A stretch of 32,000 nucleotides of DNA from an uncultured Chloroflexia bacterium (GTDB lineage Bacteria; Chloroflexota; Ktedonobacteria; Ktedonobacterales; JADMIN01): the NCBI GenBank assembly GCA_963718915.1, contig CAVRAI010000013.1, positions 30,001 through 62,000 on the forward strand. The letters run 5' to 3'. The position numbers and the translations under genes are program-made. The notes under the pieces were generated by a model. It worked only from the letters and a program-made list of their open reading frames with translations, was not told where the DNA came from and made no database searches. Positions 1 through 9,015 of this stretch are shown here, one piece after another. How positions within the stretch are numbered: position 1 is the stretch's first letter; every line of letters begins with the position of its first letter.

Positions 1-139
1 TTATTACCACCTTGGAGCCGCTCCACCAACAGGTACTGGCTCTCCTTGGGGCATGCTGTGCGTGTTTCTACCGCGTCGATTGAGGACGGGACTACCTACG
101 GGTGGTAAAGCAGCGGGCGCCTCCTATTCAGCTTTCCAC

Positions 140-157
140 GTCAGCCAAGTCAGCCAA
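140..157. repeat. 9-bp tandem duplication (gtcagccaa x2) abutting the SDR stop codon
   Basis: Two perfect copies at 140-148 and 149-157. The stop codon (cta on + strand) is at 158-160. Confidence 0.9.
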
Positions 158-1096
158 CTAGCGATAGCCCATGTCAGTTGCTGGCAGGCCTGGGTCCTGC
201 ACCTCGACCGTATAGCGCCAGCAATCCGGTTGCGTTCCATCAATGTCCGTCACGCCATAGATGCGGGCCAAGTCCGCGCTCGAGAGCACCTGCCCGGCGT
301 ACTGACGACGTCCCGTGGGATCGGCCGCCAGCGTCACAATCCCGCGCGCCACGTAGGCGGGCGTCTCCGAGATGCAGAAGTGCGGCTCGTGCGCGAGCGC
401 ATCGCGCCAGTTCTCTTCCGTCACGCCAAAGTCCTCCAGCATCTGCTCCGAGCGCATCCAGCCGGGGGTCACCGCCACTGCTGTACAACTCTCGTCTTCG
501 AGTTCAGCCGCCAACGCCAGAGCGATCCGTTCGACGTTGGCCTTCACCAGATCGTAGTAGAAGCCGACATTGCGGCGAAAGGCCTTGTTGTACTCCGACG
601 TGCCATCGGTCATCTCGACTACCAGCCCATCGCCCGTCCGCAGGATGAGCGGGAGCGCTTTGGCGCTCGTGATGAGGTGGGTATGCACCCCCATGCGCAG
701 CATGTAGATCCCGCCCGTCAGGTCATGCTCCCAGAGCTTCTTCTCCCACTGCGTGTACTTGTGGCCACCGAAGATGTCATTGACGAGGATGTCCAACCGA
801 CCGCGCTCCGCCTCGATGCGGGCCACGAGATCCTCCACCGCCTCCACATCCAAGTGATCGACGCGCAGGGCGCTGCCCTCTCCACCAGTCGCCTGCATCA
901 GCTCGCCGGTTTCCTCGATGGTCTCAGGCCGATCCATATCTGACGAACCGGTCAAGCGACTGCTGCGCCCTGTGGCGTATACAAAAGCACCAGCTCTGCA
1001 GAGCTCAACGGCGATTGCGCGTCCTGCTCCGCGGGTAGCTCCGGCCACCAACGCGACCTTTCCCTGAAGTGAGCGGTCGACCAGCTGCTCTCCCAT
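158..1096 (-). CDS. SDR family NAD(P)-dependent oxidoreductase
   Basis: 312-aa ORF with the N-terminal Rossmann glycine motif GKVALVAGATRGAGRAIA, then YATGRS. The long opposite-strand ORF 53..943 is an Arg/Pro-rich shadow. ATG at 1094-1096. Confidence 0.85.
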   Translation of the reverse strand: MGEQLVDRSLQGKVALVAGATRGAGRAIAVELCRAGAFVYATGRSSRLTGSSDMDRPETIEETGELMQATGGEGSALRVDHLDVEAVEDLVARIEAERGRLDILVNDIFGGHKYTQWEKKLWEHDLTGGIYMLRMGVHTHLITSAKALPLILRTGDGLVVEMTDGTSEYNKAFRRNVGFYYDLVKANVERIALALAAELEDESCTAVAVTPGWMRSEQMLEDFGVTEENWRDALAHEPHFCISETPAYVARGIVTLAADPTGRRQYAGQVLSSADLARIYGVTDIDGTQPDCWRYTVEVQDPGLPATDMGYR

Positions 1097-1108
1097 GATT
1101 TACTCTCA

Positions 1109-1144
1109 CTTCTTCGGCTTCTTCGGCTTCTTCGGCTTCTTGGG
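1109..1144. repeat. 9-bp tandem repeat (cttcttcgg x3 plus cttcttggg) in the SDR 5' leader
   Basis: Three perfect copies and one imperfect copy, ending 12 nt upstream of the SDR ATG on the minus strand. Confidence 0.9.
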
Positions 1145-1502
1145 CTACTGTGGTTCTTGAGACTTCGACCTTTCTTTATGCTTCTTGCTCGGTGCGATAA
1201 GACTGGTAACCCACATGCCACATGCCGCCGTCTGACAGAAATCCCCCAAAGCGCCCCCCATGACTGCGGAATGTGAGATACGTGGGAATACGTACGCTGG
1301 TTGCTCAATTTGTTCGATGCAAGGGTGCTATTGAGCGAAGGCGCTGAAGCTGGTGGCGGCGTAGCAAGCTGGAGTGATGGCCGCATGGAGCGAGCTTGCA
1401 AGCAATTGGTTCCGCGCCGCAGAATGGGACGGCCAGGGGGCAGTCTCCAGATAACCCTGCCGTAGAAGAAGCCCGCGAGACACGGCTATACGCTGCTCGC
1501 TC

Positions 1503-2477
1503 CTACACGATCAAGACCGCCTTCCCGGTCACTCGACGCTGCGTGATGTCGTTGAGCGCGTCCGCTGCCTGTTCCAGGGGATACCTGGCCGAGATGTGCG
1601 GTGTGAGCTTGCCCTCCTGTAGCCATGTGAGGAGTTGGCGCAGATTCTCCTGATTGTGCTGGGGATCGCGGACGGTGAAACTGCCCCAGAAGACGCCAAC
1701 AATTGAACAGCCCTTGAGGAGTGGTAGGTTGAGGGGGATACGGGGGATGTCGCCCGTGGTGAAACCAATCACCAGGAAGCGCCCATTCCAGGCCATGCCG
1801 CGCAGCGCTGCCTCGGAGTAGGCGCCGCCGACGGGGTCCACGACAACATCGACTCCCTGGCCATTGGTGAGGGCCTTGATGCGCTCCTTCAGGTCTTCGC
1901 TGACATAGTTGATGGTGGCGTCCGCGCCGTATTGGCGGCATATCGCCAGTTTCTCGTCGCTGGAGGCGGCCGCGATGACCCGCGCGCCGAGCACCTTCCC
2001 TAGTTCGACCGCTGCCAGACCAATGCCTCCCGCCGCGCCCAGTACCAGGAGGGTTTCGCCTGGTTGGAGGTGCGCCCGATCGGTGAGCGCATGTAGATCG
2101 GTCCCATAGGTCATCGCAAAGCTTGCGGCAACGTCGAAGTCTAACGCGTCAGGCATGGGGATGACAGTGGCTGCCTCTGCGATCACCTCTTCCGCAAATC
2201 CTCCGTAGGCGGCAATGCTGATGACTCGGTCCCCAGGCGAAACATGTTCGACGCCCGCGCCGACGGCTTTGACGACGCCGGCCACTTCCGCGCCGGGCGA
2301 GAAGGGCAGGGGCGGCTTGAACTGGTAGAGGCCCTGGATGATCAGGGTGTCAGGGAAGTTGACGCCACAGGCTTTGACGCTGATCACTACCTGGCCAGGG
2401 CCTGGCGTCAGCGACTCAATCTCTTCGACCACCAGGCTCTCTGGCGGGCCATAGGCTTTGCAGATCACTGCCCTCAT
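1503..2477 (-). CDS. NADPH:quinone oxidoreductase, zinc-type alcohol dehydrogenase (MDR) superfamily
   Basis: Begins MRAVICKAYGPPESLVVEE and has the cofactor motif LVLGAAGGIGLAAVELGK. Of two in-frame ATGs (2486, 2477), the second has GAAGGGAG about 10 nt upstream, so it is preferred. Confidence 0.85.
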   Translation of the reverse strand: MRAVICKAYGPPESLVVEEIESLTPGPGQVVISVKACGVNFPDTLIIQGLYQFKPPLPFSPGAEVAGVVKAVGAGVEHVSPGDRVISIAAYGGFAEEVIAEAATVIPMPDALDFDVAASFAMTYGTDLHALTDRAHLQPGETLLVLGAAGGIGLAAVELGKVLGARVIAAASSDEKLAICRQYGADATINYVSEDLKERIKALTNGQGVDVVVDPVGGAYSEAALRGMAWNGRFLVIGFTTGDIPRIPLNLPLLKGCSIVGVFWGSFTVRDPQHNQENLRQLLTWLQEGKLTPHISARYPLEQAADALNDITQRRVTGKAVLIV

Positions 2478-2513
2478 GCTGCGCATGCTCCCTTCTCTCT
2501 CGCTCCCATGCTA

Positions 2514-3458
2514 CTAACTGGCAGCGAAGATGCTCATGGGTAGGAACGCGCCAACCACATAGTTGGGCATATCAACGACTTCGCAGAGTTTCAGGTCCAC
2601 CGCAACACTGCAGAGCATATATGCGTCGTCAGCAGACAAAGCATATGCGCGCGTTAGATAGTCGATCATGTGTCGGATAGCCTGGCGCGCGGCCTCACGG
2701 ATGTCCGGGTTGATGCCCTCGGTCACATGATAGGCATCTGTGTTTGTGCGCTGGGCGAGCGGGCCGGCCGTACGGAACTGCGGCTCCGCCACCGGGCGGT
2801 CTTTGTGAACAGTTAGGCGCACGACGGCACGCATCGGCGTCTCAATCGCCGTCCCGCAGACCTCGCCATCGCCTTGGGCAGCATGTCCGTCACCCATGGA
2901 AAAGAGCGCGCCCGCGACCTCCACCGGTAGGTAGAGTCTCGCGCCGCGCGTCAGATGCTTCGTATCCAGGTTGCCACCATGCCGGTAGGGTGGGATCGTC
3001 GAGAATGCGCCTTCAGCAGCTGGAGCGAGCCCCACCTCGCCACAGAAGGGTTCCAGCGGAATGCGAATGCCTGGCGCAAATTCGGCCCAACCATCCGAGA
3101 GACGCCAGACCTTGAGCGCAGGATCGGCGAACTCGTCCGCCAAGAGGCCGAATCCTGGGATCAACGCCGTCCAGCCCCAGTCGGCTGGCTGGAAGTCCAC
3201 GAATTCAACCTCAAGCGTATCGCCAGGCTCCGCACCCTCGACATAAATAGGGCCGTTGACCTGATCTACTTGCGAGAAATCGAGGGTCTGTAGGGTCTCC
3301 ACCGTGGCATCCGGTCCAATTTGCCCGCATGAGGCATCCAGGCAATCAAACTCAACGGTGGTGCCTGACGCGATGCGCGCGATGGGTGGGATGCTATGGT
3401 CCCAGGCAAGATGCCACTGCGCTCTCGCGACGTGAATGGTGCGTCCTGTAGTAGACAT
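2514..3458 (-). CDS. acetamidase/formamidase family protein
   Basis: 314-aa ORF. Its N-terminal TVEFDCLDASCGQIGPD and the GGNLDTKHL / GDGHAAQGDGEVCGTAIE segments are typical of the FmdA/AmdA family. AAAGGA lies 7 nt upstream of the ATG. It sits 27-36 nt upstream of the quinone oxidoreductase gene on the same strand. Confidence 0.8.
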   Translation of the reverse strand: MSTTGRTIHVARAQWHLAWDHSIPPIARIASGTTVEFDCLDASCGQIGPDATVETLQTLDFSQVDQVNGPIYVEGAEPGDTLEVEFVDFQPADWGWTALIPGFGLLADEFADPALKVWRLSDGWAEFAPGIRIPLEPFCGEVGLAPAAEGAFSTIPPYRHGGNLDTKHLTRGARLYLPVEVAGALFSMGDGHAAQGDGEVCGTAIETPMRAVVRLTVHKDRPVAEPQFRTAGPLAQRTNTDAYHVTEGINPDIREAARQAIRHMIDYLTRAYALSADDAYMLCSVAVDLKLCEVVDMPNYVVGAFLPMSIFAAS

Positions 3459-3789
3459 GGCTCTGTCCTTTCAGTTCTCGACCAGAAGTCGTCTCGACAC
3501 AGACTCCCGACGCCATACAGTTTCCAATGGAATTGCCTGAAAGGCATTGTAAGTTACTTTTGCGGTCAGCGCAGCCAGGTGTCAAGAGCCTGGCAATGCG
3601 CTCGTAAGGTTCGGCAGGGTAAGCCCGGTGATGGAGAAGCTCGGCTCGATGCGAAGATGCATCGTATGGGCTAGTTTGTTTTGGTTGTACGCTGCCTGTC
3701 GCTATGGCTTGAAGCGGGCGTTTGCGCTGTCCGCGCACAACACGCTACTCTAAGGTCACATTGGGCGAATTCTCCTGGTTGACCAGTGA

Positions 3790-6036
3790 TCAAAGGACAT
3801 CTTCGGGGCGAATCGGCAGACGTCGGACGCGCTTGCCCGTAGCGGCGAAGATGGCGTTCGCGACCGCCGGGGCGATTGGTGGGAGAGCAGGCTCACCCAG
3901 CCCTGATGGCGTGTCCCTGCCTGGTGCGAAATATACCTCGATGTCTGGCATCTCACGCAGCCGCAGCTGCTGGTAATCGTCGAAGTTGGCTTGCTGGACA
4001 CGACCACTTGCGAAGGTGATCTCGCTTTTGAGCGTGGCACTCAACCCCTGGACGATGCTGCCCTCGATCTGCGCTTCTGCCAAGGTGGGATTGATGACCA
4101 GACCGCAATCCACCGCGCACACCACGCGATGCACCTGAACAATCCCATCTGACCCGACCGAAACCTCTGCCACCTCCGCCATGTAGGTGTCGGCGTTACT
4201 GTAATAGTATGCTGCAATGCCTCGCCCCCAGCCGGTCGGTAGGGGCGAGTCCCAACCGGCTTTGCTTGCCGCCAGGTCCAGGACGGCCAGTAACGGCCCA
4301 TTGGACGCCAGAAGACCCCGGCGGAATCGGTAGGGATCGGCGCCGACTGCGGCAGCGATCTCATCGACGAAGCTCTCGATGGCAAAGGTGGTATAGGAGT
4401 ATTCGGCCCCGCGCCAGATCGTGACGGGAATGCCAAGCGCGGCGGTGGTTCCGGATGCCTGGGCAGCGGGAATCGCGTACGGCAGTTCAGCGCCCGCCCC
4501 GACATCGGAGCCCATGCTCTGTGCTGCAAGGTTGTGCTGCCAGCTTTGCACTTTGCCCGCCGCGTCCAGCGTTGCCTGCAGGCGATGGAACGCGGCAGGT
4601 CGATAGAAACCCGATTGTATGTCATCCTCTCGGGTCCACATTACCTGGACCGGCTTGCCGATCGCTTTTGCGACACTGGCTGCCTCGGTCACAACATCAC
4701 TGGCTGCGCGTCGGCCAAAGCCGCCACCGGAGGGCAGGACATGCACCATGACTTGTTGCAAGGGCACGCCGGTCGCCTGTGAGGCCGCGACCTGGGCTCC
4801 CTGGGGATCCTGTGTCCCGGTCCAGACCTCGCAGTGTCCATCCTGCAATCGCACCGTGCAATTGAGCGGCTCCATGGGGACATGTGTCTGATAGGGTGTC
4901 TCATAGATTGCGTCCACCACGCGCGTCGATCCCGGTACTGGGCCAGGCTGTGGCGTGTGTGCGGCGAGATACTGGCGCAGGGAGTTGCTTGTGAGCGAGG
5001 CATTTACGCCTTCGTTCCATCTGATATCCAGTGCGCGGCGACCCGCGATGGCTGCCCACGTATGGTCTGCTACCACGGCCATACCACTGGGAATCGGCAC
5101 AATCTGGCGCACACCGGGAATCGCTTGTGTTTGGGTCGCATCGAAGGTGGCGACCGTGCCTCCAGGCACAGGGCAGCGGGCTACGACAGCGAAGAGCATT
5201 CCTGGCAGGCGTACATCCAGGCCGAACTGGGCACTGCCATCAACCTTGGCTGGAGTGTCGAGCCGAGGAGCGCGGGCGCCAATCAGGCGGAACTGGCTCG
5301 CTTGCTTCAGTTGGCCTAGTGTGTATGGCTGCCTGGCCGCCGCGGCGGCGAGCTGGCCATAGGTAAGCTTGCGACCGCTGGAGGGATGGAAGACAACGCT
5401 ATCCTGGGTGCGACAGGTCGAAGCTTTCACGCCCCACGTCTGCGCCGCCGCCGCCACCAGCAACGCACGCGCCTCCGCGCCGGCGTATCGCAGCTTCGCA
5501 AACGAGCCGGAGATGCTGCCACTCCCGGTGGTGCGCTGGTTGCCATATTGTGGGTCTGGCGGGGCTAATTGGGCACGTACACGGCTCCAGTCAGCATCAA
5601 GCTCCTCGGCCACAATCATCGCCAGCCCAGTGAGTGTTCCCTGTCCCATCTCGGAACGAGCGACCGTGATCGTCACAGTGTTGTTGGGGTCAATGCGCAG
5701 CCAGATGTTTGGGCTGAACGGCTTGGTGGGCCGGAGCTGGTCCTGCTGTCGATTGTGCAGATTGAAACCAATGAGCAGACTGGCGCCCGCAGCACCTGTT
5801 ACGGCTGTGGCAATGAGCAACTGGCGGCGACTGAGCCGCAGAGCACGACTAGTGGAAGGAGGGAACGCTGGCGGTGGTTCGTCTGATTCGTCTGATATGT
5901 CATCTGATACCTTGTCGGAAGAGGAGTCGACATTTGAAGATTGGGGCTCACGATGCTCCGCCGTTGCTTCGAATGTGCTCGTCTCTTCTGAGTGATCCGT
6001 ATTCGGCTGCTCAGGTGAAGTGCTGGAGTCGCTCAT
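3790..6036 (-). CDS. xanthine dehydrogenase family molybdopterin-binding subunit (IorB / aldehyde oxidase-like), Tat-exported
   Basis: 748-aa ORF with the twin-arginine motif LSRRQLLIATAVTGAAGASLLIG. Family-typical segments are RSEMGQG, GGGFGRR and the C-terminal GLGEPALPPIAPAVANAI. AAGGGA lies 7 nt before the ATG, and the gene starts 21 nt downstream of the 2Fe-2S subunit gene. Confidence 0.85.
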   Translation of the reverse strand: MSDSSTSPEQPNTDHSEETSTFEATAEHREPQSSNVDSSSDKVSDDISDESDEPPPAFPPSTSRALRLSRRQLLIATAVTGAAGASLLIGFNLHNRQQDQLRPTKPFSPNIWLRIDPNNTVTITVARSEMGQGTLTGLAMIVAEELDADWSRVRAQLAPPDPQYGNQRTTGSGSISGSFAKLRYAGAEARALLVAAAAQTWGVKASTCRTQDSVVFHPSSGRKLTYGQLAAAAARQPYTLGQLKQASQFRLIGARAPRLDTPAKVDGSAQFGLDVRLPGMLFAVVARCPVPGGTVATFDATQTQAIPGVRQIVPIPSGMAVVADHTWAAIAGRRALDIRWNEGVNASLTSNSLRQYLAAHTPQPGPVPGSTRVVDAIYETPYQTHVPMEPLNCTVRLQDGHCEVWTGTQDPQGAQVAASQATGVPLQQVMVHVLPSGGGFGRRAASDVVTEAASVAKAIGKPVQVMWTREDDIQSGFYRPAAFHRLQATLDAAGKVQSWQHNLAAQSMGSDVGAGAELPYAIPAAQASGTTAALGIPVTIWRGAEYSYTTFAIESFVDEIAAAVGADPYRFRRGLLASNGPLLAVLDLAASKAGWDSPLPTGWGRGIAAYYYSNADTYMAEVAEVSVGSDGIVQVHRVVCAVDCGLVINPTLAEAQIEGSIVQGLSATLKSEITFASGRVQQANFDDYQQLRLREMPDIEVYFAPGRDTPSGLGEPALPPIAPAVANAIFAATGKRVRRLPIRPEDVL

Positions 6037-6057
6037 ATCGCTGTCCCTTTTTCCCGT

Positions 6058-6516
6058 TTATCCCTGTGCAGCGCGGTGAACTGCACGGCGAATGCGCTGG
6101 TACGTGCCGCAGCGGCAGAGGTTGCCAGAGAGCGCGGCATCAATGTCTGCATCGGACGGCAGGGGGATGCGCGCAAGGAGTGCCGCCGCAGCCATCAATT
6201 GGCCCGGCTGGCAATAGCCGCATGCTGGCACTTCCTCGGCAATCCAGGCGCGCTGCAATGAGGAGTTGCGGTCGGGAGAGAGTCCCTCGATGGTTGTCAC
6301 GGATTGACTGCCTACGGTCGAGATGGGAACCTGGCAGGAGTGATGGGGCAGGCCGTCAAGGTGCACGGTGCATGCGCCGCAAGCGCCTATGCCACAGCCA
6401 TACTTGGCACCGGTCAGCGCAAGCAGATCGCGCAAGACCCAGAGGAGCGGCATGGTCGGATCGTCCACCGTGATGGTATGGAGATGTCCGTTGACAGTCA
6501 GCTGCATGTCTGCCAT
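6058..6516 (-). CDS. (2Fe-2S)-binding small subunit (IorA-like) of the molybdoenzyme
   Basis: Two Fe-S cysteine clusters are present: [11 protein letters not shown] and CGYCQPG...CRCGTY. The ORF track starts at 6567, but the internal ATG at 6516 ([10 protein letters not shown]) has a GGGGGAG Shine-Dalgarno and gives the usual roughly 150-aa size. Confidence 0.85.
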   Translation of the reverse strand: MADMQLTVNGHLHTITVDDPTMPLLWVLRDLLALTGAKYGCGIGACGACTVHLDGLPHHSCQVPISTVGSQSVTTIEGLSPDRNSSLQRAWIAEEVPACGYCQPGQLMAAAALLARIPLPSDADIDAALSGNLCRCGTYQRIRRAVHRAAQG

Positions 6517-6766
6517 GTGCTCCCCCTTCGTGATCACGCAATCATGTATCCTTCGGACGGAAGCCAAGCGCGCTCATTTACAGCTACTCGTGCGCAAAAA
6601 TACTGGGCGTGATGGACCGCCGCTGACATTCCTTAGTCTGAAGTCGGCGAGAGAAAGTAGAGAAGGTAGAGATGATCAGGTGTGGCAATGTGACATGATG
6701 CAGACCAGAGGCACTGCGAAGGGCAAAGACTGGTAAGGTGATACACAGCAGGGAAGGAGACGTCTG

Positions 6767-7369
6767 ATGTGCGGCAGATATGAGATCGTCGACGGCAAAC
6801 AGATTTTCGTCCGTTTCGGAGTCGCCAACGCGATACCGGAGATGCTGGCGAATCTCGATGTGCGACCGACACAGCAGGTACCGGTGCTCCTCACCGATCA
6901 CGAATTACAGTTGATGAAATGGGGGCTGGCGCCGTCGTGGGCCAAGGATGAGTCGGTCGGACACAAAATGATCAACGCTCGCTCCGAAGGAATCGCGGAG
7001 AAGCCCTCGTTCAAGAGGCCGCTACGCACCCAGCGCTGTCTGCTGCCTGCCTCAGCGTTCTTCGAGTGGCAGGGGGTGAAGGGAGCCAAGGTTAAATACC
7101 GCATTGGACGGAAGGACGGGGAGATGTTCGGGCTGGCGGGTCTGTATGATGTGTGGAAGAGTCCCGGTGGCTACGAACTGACGACGTGTACGATCATCAC
7201 ATGCCAGCCGAATGCGGTGCTGGCCCCGATTCACAATCGGATGCCGGTGATCCTGCTGCCTGAGGATGAGGATGCCTGGCTCGACCCGGACATGACCGAG
7301 GTGGAGGCGATCACGAGCTATCTGCGGCCTTACCCTGATGAGCTGCTGGAGGCGGTTCGGGCGGCGTAG
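6767..7369 (+). CDS. SOS response-associated peptidase (SRAP / YedK / HMCES family, DUF159)
   Basis: Starts MCGRY, which is the catalytic Cys2 signature. Also has NARSE, RCLLPASAFFEW and IHNRMPVIL segments. GGAAGGAG lies 8 nt upstream. Confidence 0.9.
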   Translation: MCGRYEIVDGKQIFVRFGVANAIPEMLANLDVRPTQQVPVLLTDHELQLMKWGLAPSWAKDESVGHKMINARSEGIAEKPSFKRPLRTQRCLLPASAFFEWQGVKGAKVKYRIGRKDGEMFGLAGLYDVWKSPGGYELTTCTIITCQPNAVLAPIHNRMPVILLPEDEDAWLDPDMTEVEAITSYLRPYPDELLEAVRAA

Positions 7370-7552
7370 AGCACGGGACGCACCGCTCTTACGCTTTGGT
7401 TTGGCAGGGCGCCGACACCAGCCTTTGCCTAGGCATGACAAGGCCACGCTCGCCAGTCTGCGGACGTGGCCCCATGCCCATGCCCGTGCCCGGTGGCGTC
7501 ACCTGCGTCCATGCGAGTCGCCCAACCTCTCACTGGCACATGTGGCAGCGCA

Positions 7553-8776
7553 TCAGGACTTTCCGTCCAATGAATGTGCATAGTAATCGCGCCAGATCAG
7601 CCGGTGAATGCCCAGGAACCGTGGAAGTCGATTGACGAGCGGGATGTAGGGGACGATGATGAGCAGCAGGGTTAGTACTGCCATGGTCAACCACACAGCA
7701 ATATCGGCGTTTGGTCCATTGTAGGGACCAGCGGGCACCTGGTACCAGAACGTATAGAGCCAGAGCCACGCCTGACCAGGATAGAGCCCTGCGCTATTCA
7801 TCATGCCCCACTGATCACCTACCAGTTTGAGTTGGTCGGCGCGATCTGGGAGGGCCTTTTCGTTCAGGAAGAGCAGTGGTTTGGTGAAATCCGTCTGGTA
7901 GAACTTGCCATCGATAGTGAGCAGGTACCCATCTAATCCGCCGCTGCGCGCAAGGTCGAGCAGCGAATCGAACATAGTTGGTAACGGGCCGAACGCGGCA
8001 TCGTGGGCGCCGTTCAGGTGGCCGTTCGCATCCAGCGTTCCATTAGCCTTGTTGAGCGCGTCCGCATAGGCTGTTGTCCACGCGGTTTGCTGGTCAGCGG
8101 ATGCCCCGGTATAGGTCGCCACGGCCGATTTCACGTTTTCGCTCTGCACAGTATCCAATGGGCCGACCACGTACACTTGTGCCCCGTCGATGGGAATGGT
8201 CACGCCAGCGCTTTGCTGTGGAGAAATAGGGCCGACATTCTGAACGGGACCTGTCCCATTGTTGTACGGAGGGCCGTAGTCAGCTAGCGCACTCGTACCT
8301 GCCAGCTCGGAGAGCGCCACAGTGGTGAAGCCGAGAGGGTCAGCTGTTGCAACGCTTTTGAGCGTGAGCGCCTTCTCATCGGGCGACGAGAATATGCCAG
8401 CGAGCGCGACGACCAGGATGAGTGCGATTGCTGACATGATTACCAGTTCTTTCAGGATGTCAAAGTTCTGCATCTTGACACCACTGTAGTACTGCTCTTG
8501 CGTCATGCCGCGCGTGTACTTTACCGGCGTCTCGCCTCTGCGCGGATACGGTCGCACAACTCCCATGACCCGAACCAGCACAACATGGAGGCCGATCAGG
8601 CCGACGAGCGCCAGCGGCAGGAGAATCACATGGAAACTGTACATTTGGCCAAAATTCAGGACGTTGAAGAAGCCACCGATGCCAATCGAGTTCATTGCGT
8701 CTTTGGCTGAGACGCCTATCCACTGCGAATCAAAGTTGGTCTGCGATAAGTAGCCGGTAAATAACGAACACATCAT
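7553..8776 (-). CDS. cytochrome b-like membrane protein (QcrB-type), lacking helices A-C as an intact ORF
   Basis: FTGYLSQ..W, then helix D as FHVILLPLALVGLIGLH, with the two His 15 apart as in b6/QcrB-type cytochromes b. A TM segment, a large extracytoplasmic loop with YGPPYNNG, and a C-terminal TM follow. The ORF begins inside what should be helix C. Confidence 0.7.
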   Translation of the reverse strand: MMCSLFTGYLSQTNFDSQWIGVSAKDAMNSIGIGGFFNVLNFGQMYSFHVILLPLALVGLIGLHVVLVRVMGVVRPYPRRGETPVKYTRGMTQEQYYSGVKMQNFDILKELVIMSAIALILVVALAGIFSSPDEKALTLKSVATADPLGFTTVALSELAGTSALADYGPPYNNGTGPVQNVGPISPQQSAGVTIPIDGAQVYVVGPLDTVQSENVKSAVATYTGASADQQTAWTTAYADALNKANGTLDANGHLNGAHDAAFGPLPTMFDSLLDLARSGGLDGYLLTIDGKFYQTDFTKPLLFLNEKALPDRADQLKLVGDQWGMMNSAGLYPGQAWLWLYTFWYQVPAGPYNGPNADIAVWLTMAVLTLLLIIVPYIPLVNRLPRFLGIHRLIWRDYYAHSLDGKS

Positions 8777-8995
8777 TCACCACGTGCAATAAGCGCCGTT
8801 GGTTCAGCAAATATGTGCCGCGAAGAAGATCCACCTCACCTGGAAGACAGACCTATGGCTGAAGAATGACTGGTATTCACCACGAATTGCGCGCATTGCG
8901 CATCGCGAGAACATGCAGGAGTTGACGACGTGACATTGCGACACGCACGCGCTATCTATCCATTTCCGCGATTCCGGCTCCACCGACCTGACCAA
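8777..8995 (-). pseudogene. degraded 5' part of the cytochrome b-like gene (same frame, two in-frame TGA)
   Basis: It is in the same frame as 7553..8776. The translation ...SHRSVFQVRWIFFAAHIC*TNGAYCTW*MMCSLFTGY has two His 14 apart, as the helix B heme ligands are. The first TGA (8804-8806) falls where the conserved Arg follows the second His; the second TGA is at 8777-8779. The helix C region is too short and no hydrophobic helix A lies upstream. Confidence 0.45.
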
Positions 8996-9015
8996 TGCCG
9001 AATGGGATCTGCTGG

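Noticed and set aside
53-943. 296-aa ORF on the + strand opposite the SDR gene. Similar long antisense ORFs: 5369..5995, 12072..12902, 12548..13225, 16198..16974, 20671..21597, 24824..25942, 26678..27358.
   Set aside because: All lie antisense to genes with clear family motifs. They are Arg/Pro/Gly/Ala-rich as expected for shadow frames in GC-rich DNA, lack Shine-Dalgarno sequences, and show no recognisable motifs.
8777-8806. TGA recoding (Trp/Gly reassignment or selenocysteine) to explain the two in-frame TGA codons in the cytochrome b-like gene.
   Set aside because: Confident genes in the same window terminate at TGA at the expected protein ends (iorB-like 3790-3792, yoaK-like 21799-21801, small mutasome ORF 27639-27641). 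The surrounding helix B/C region is also shortened, which fits decay. I saw no SECIS-like context.
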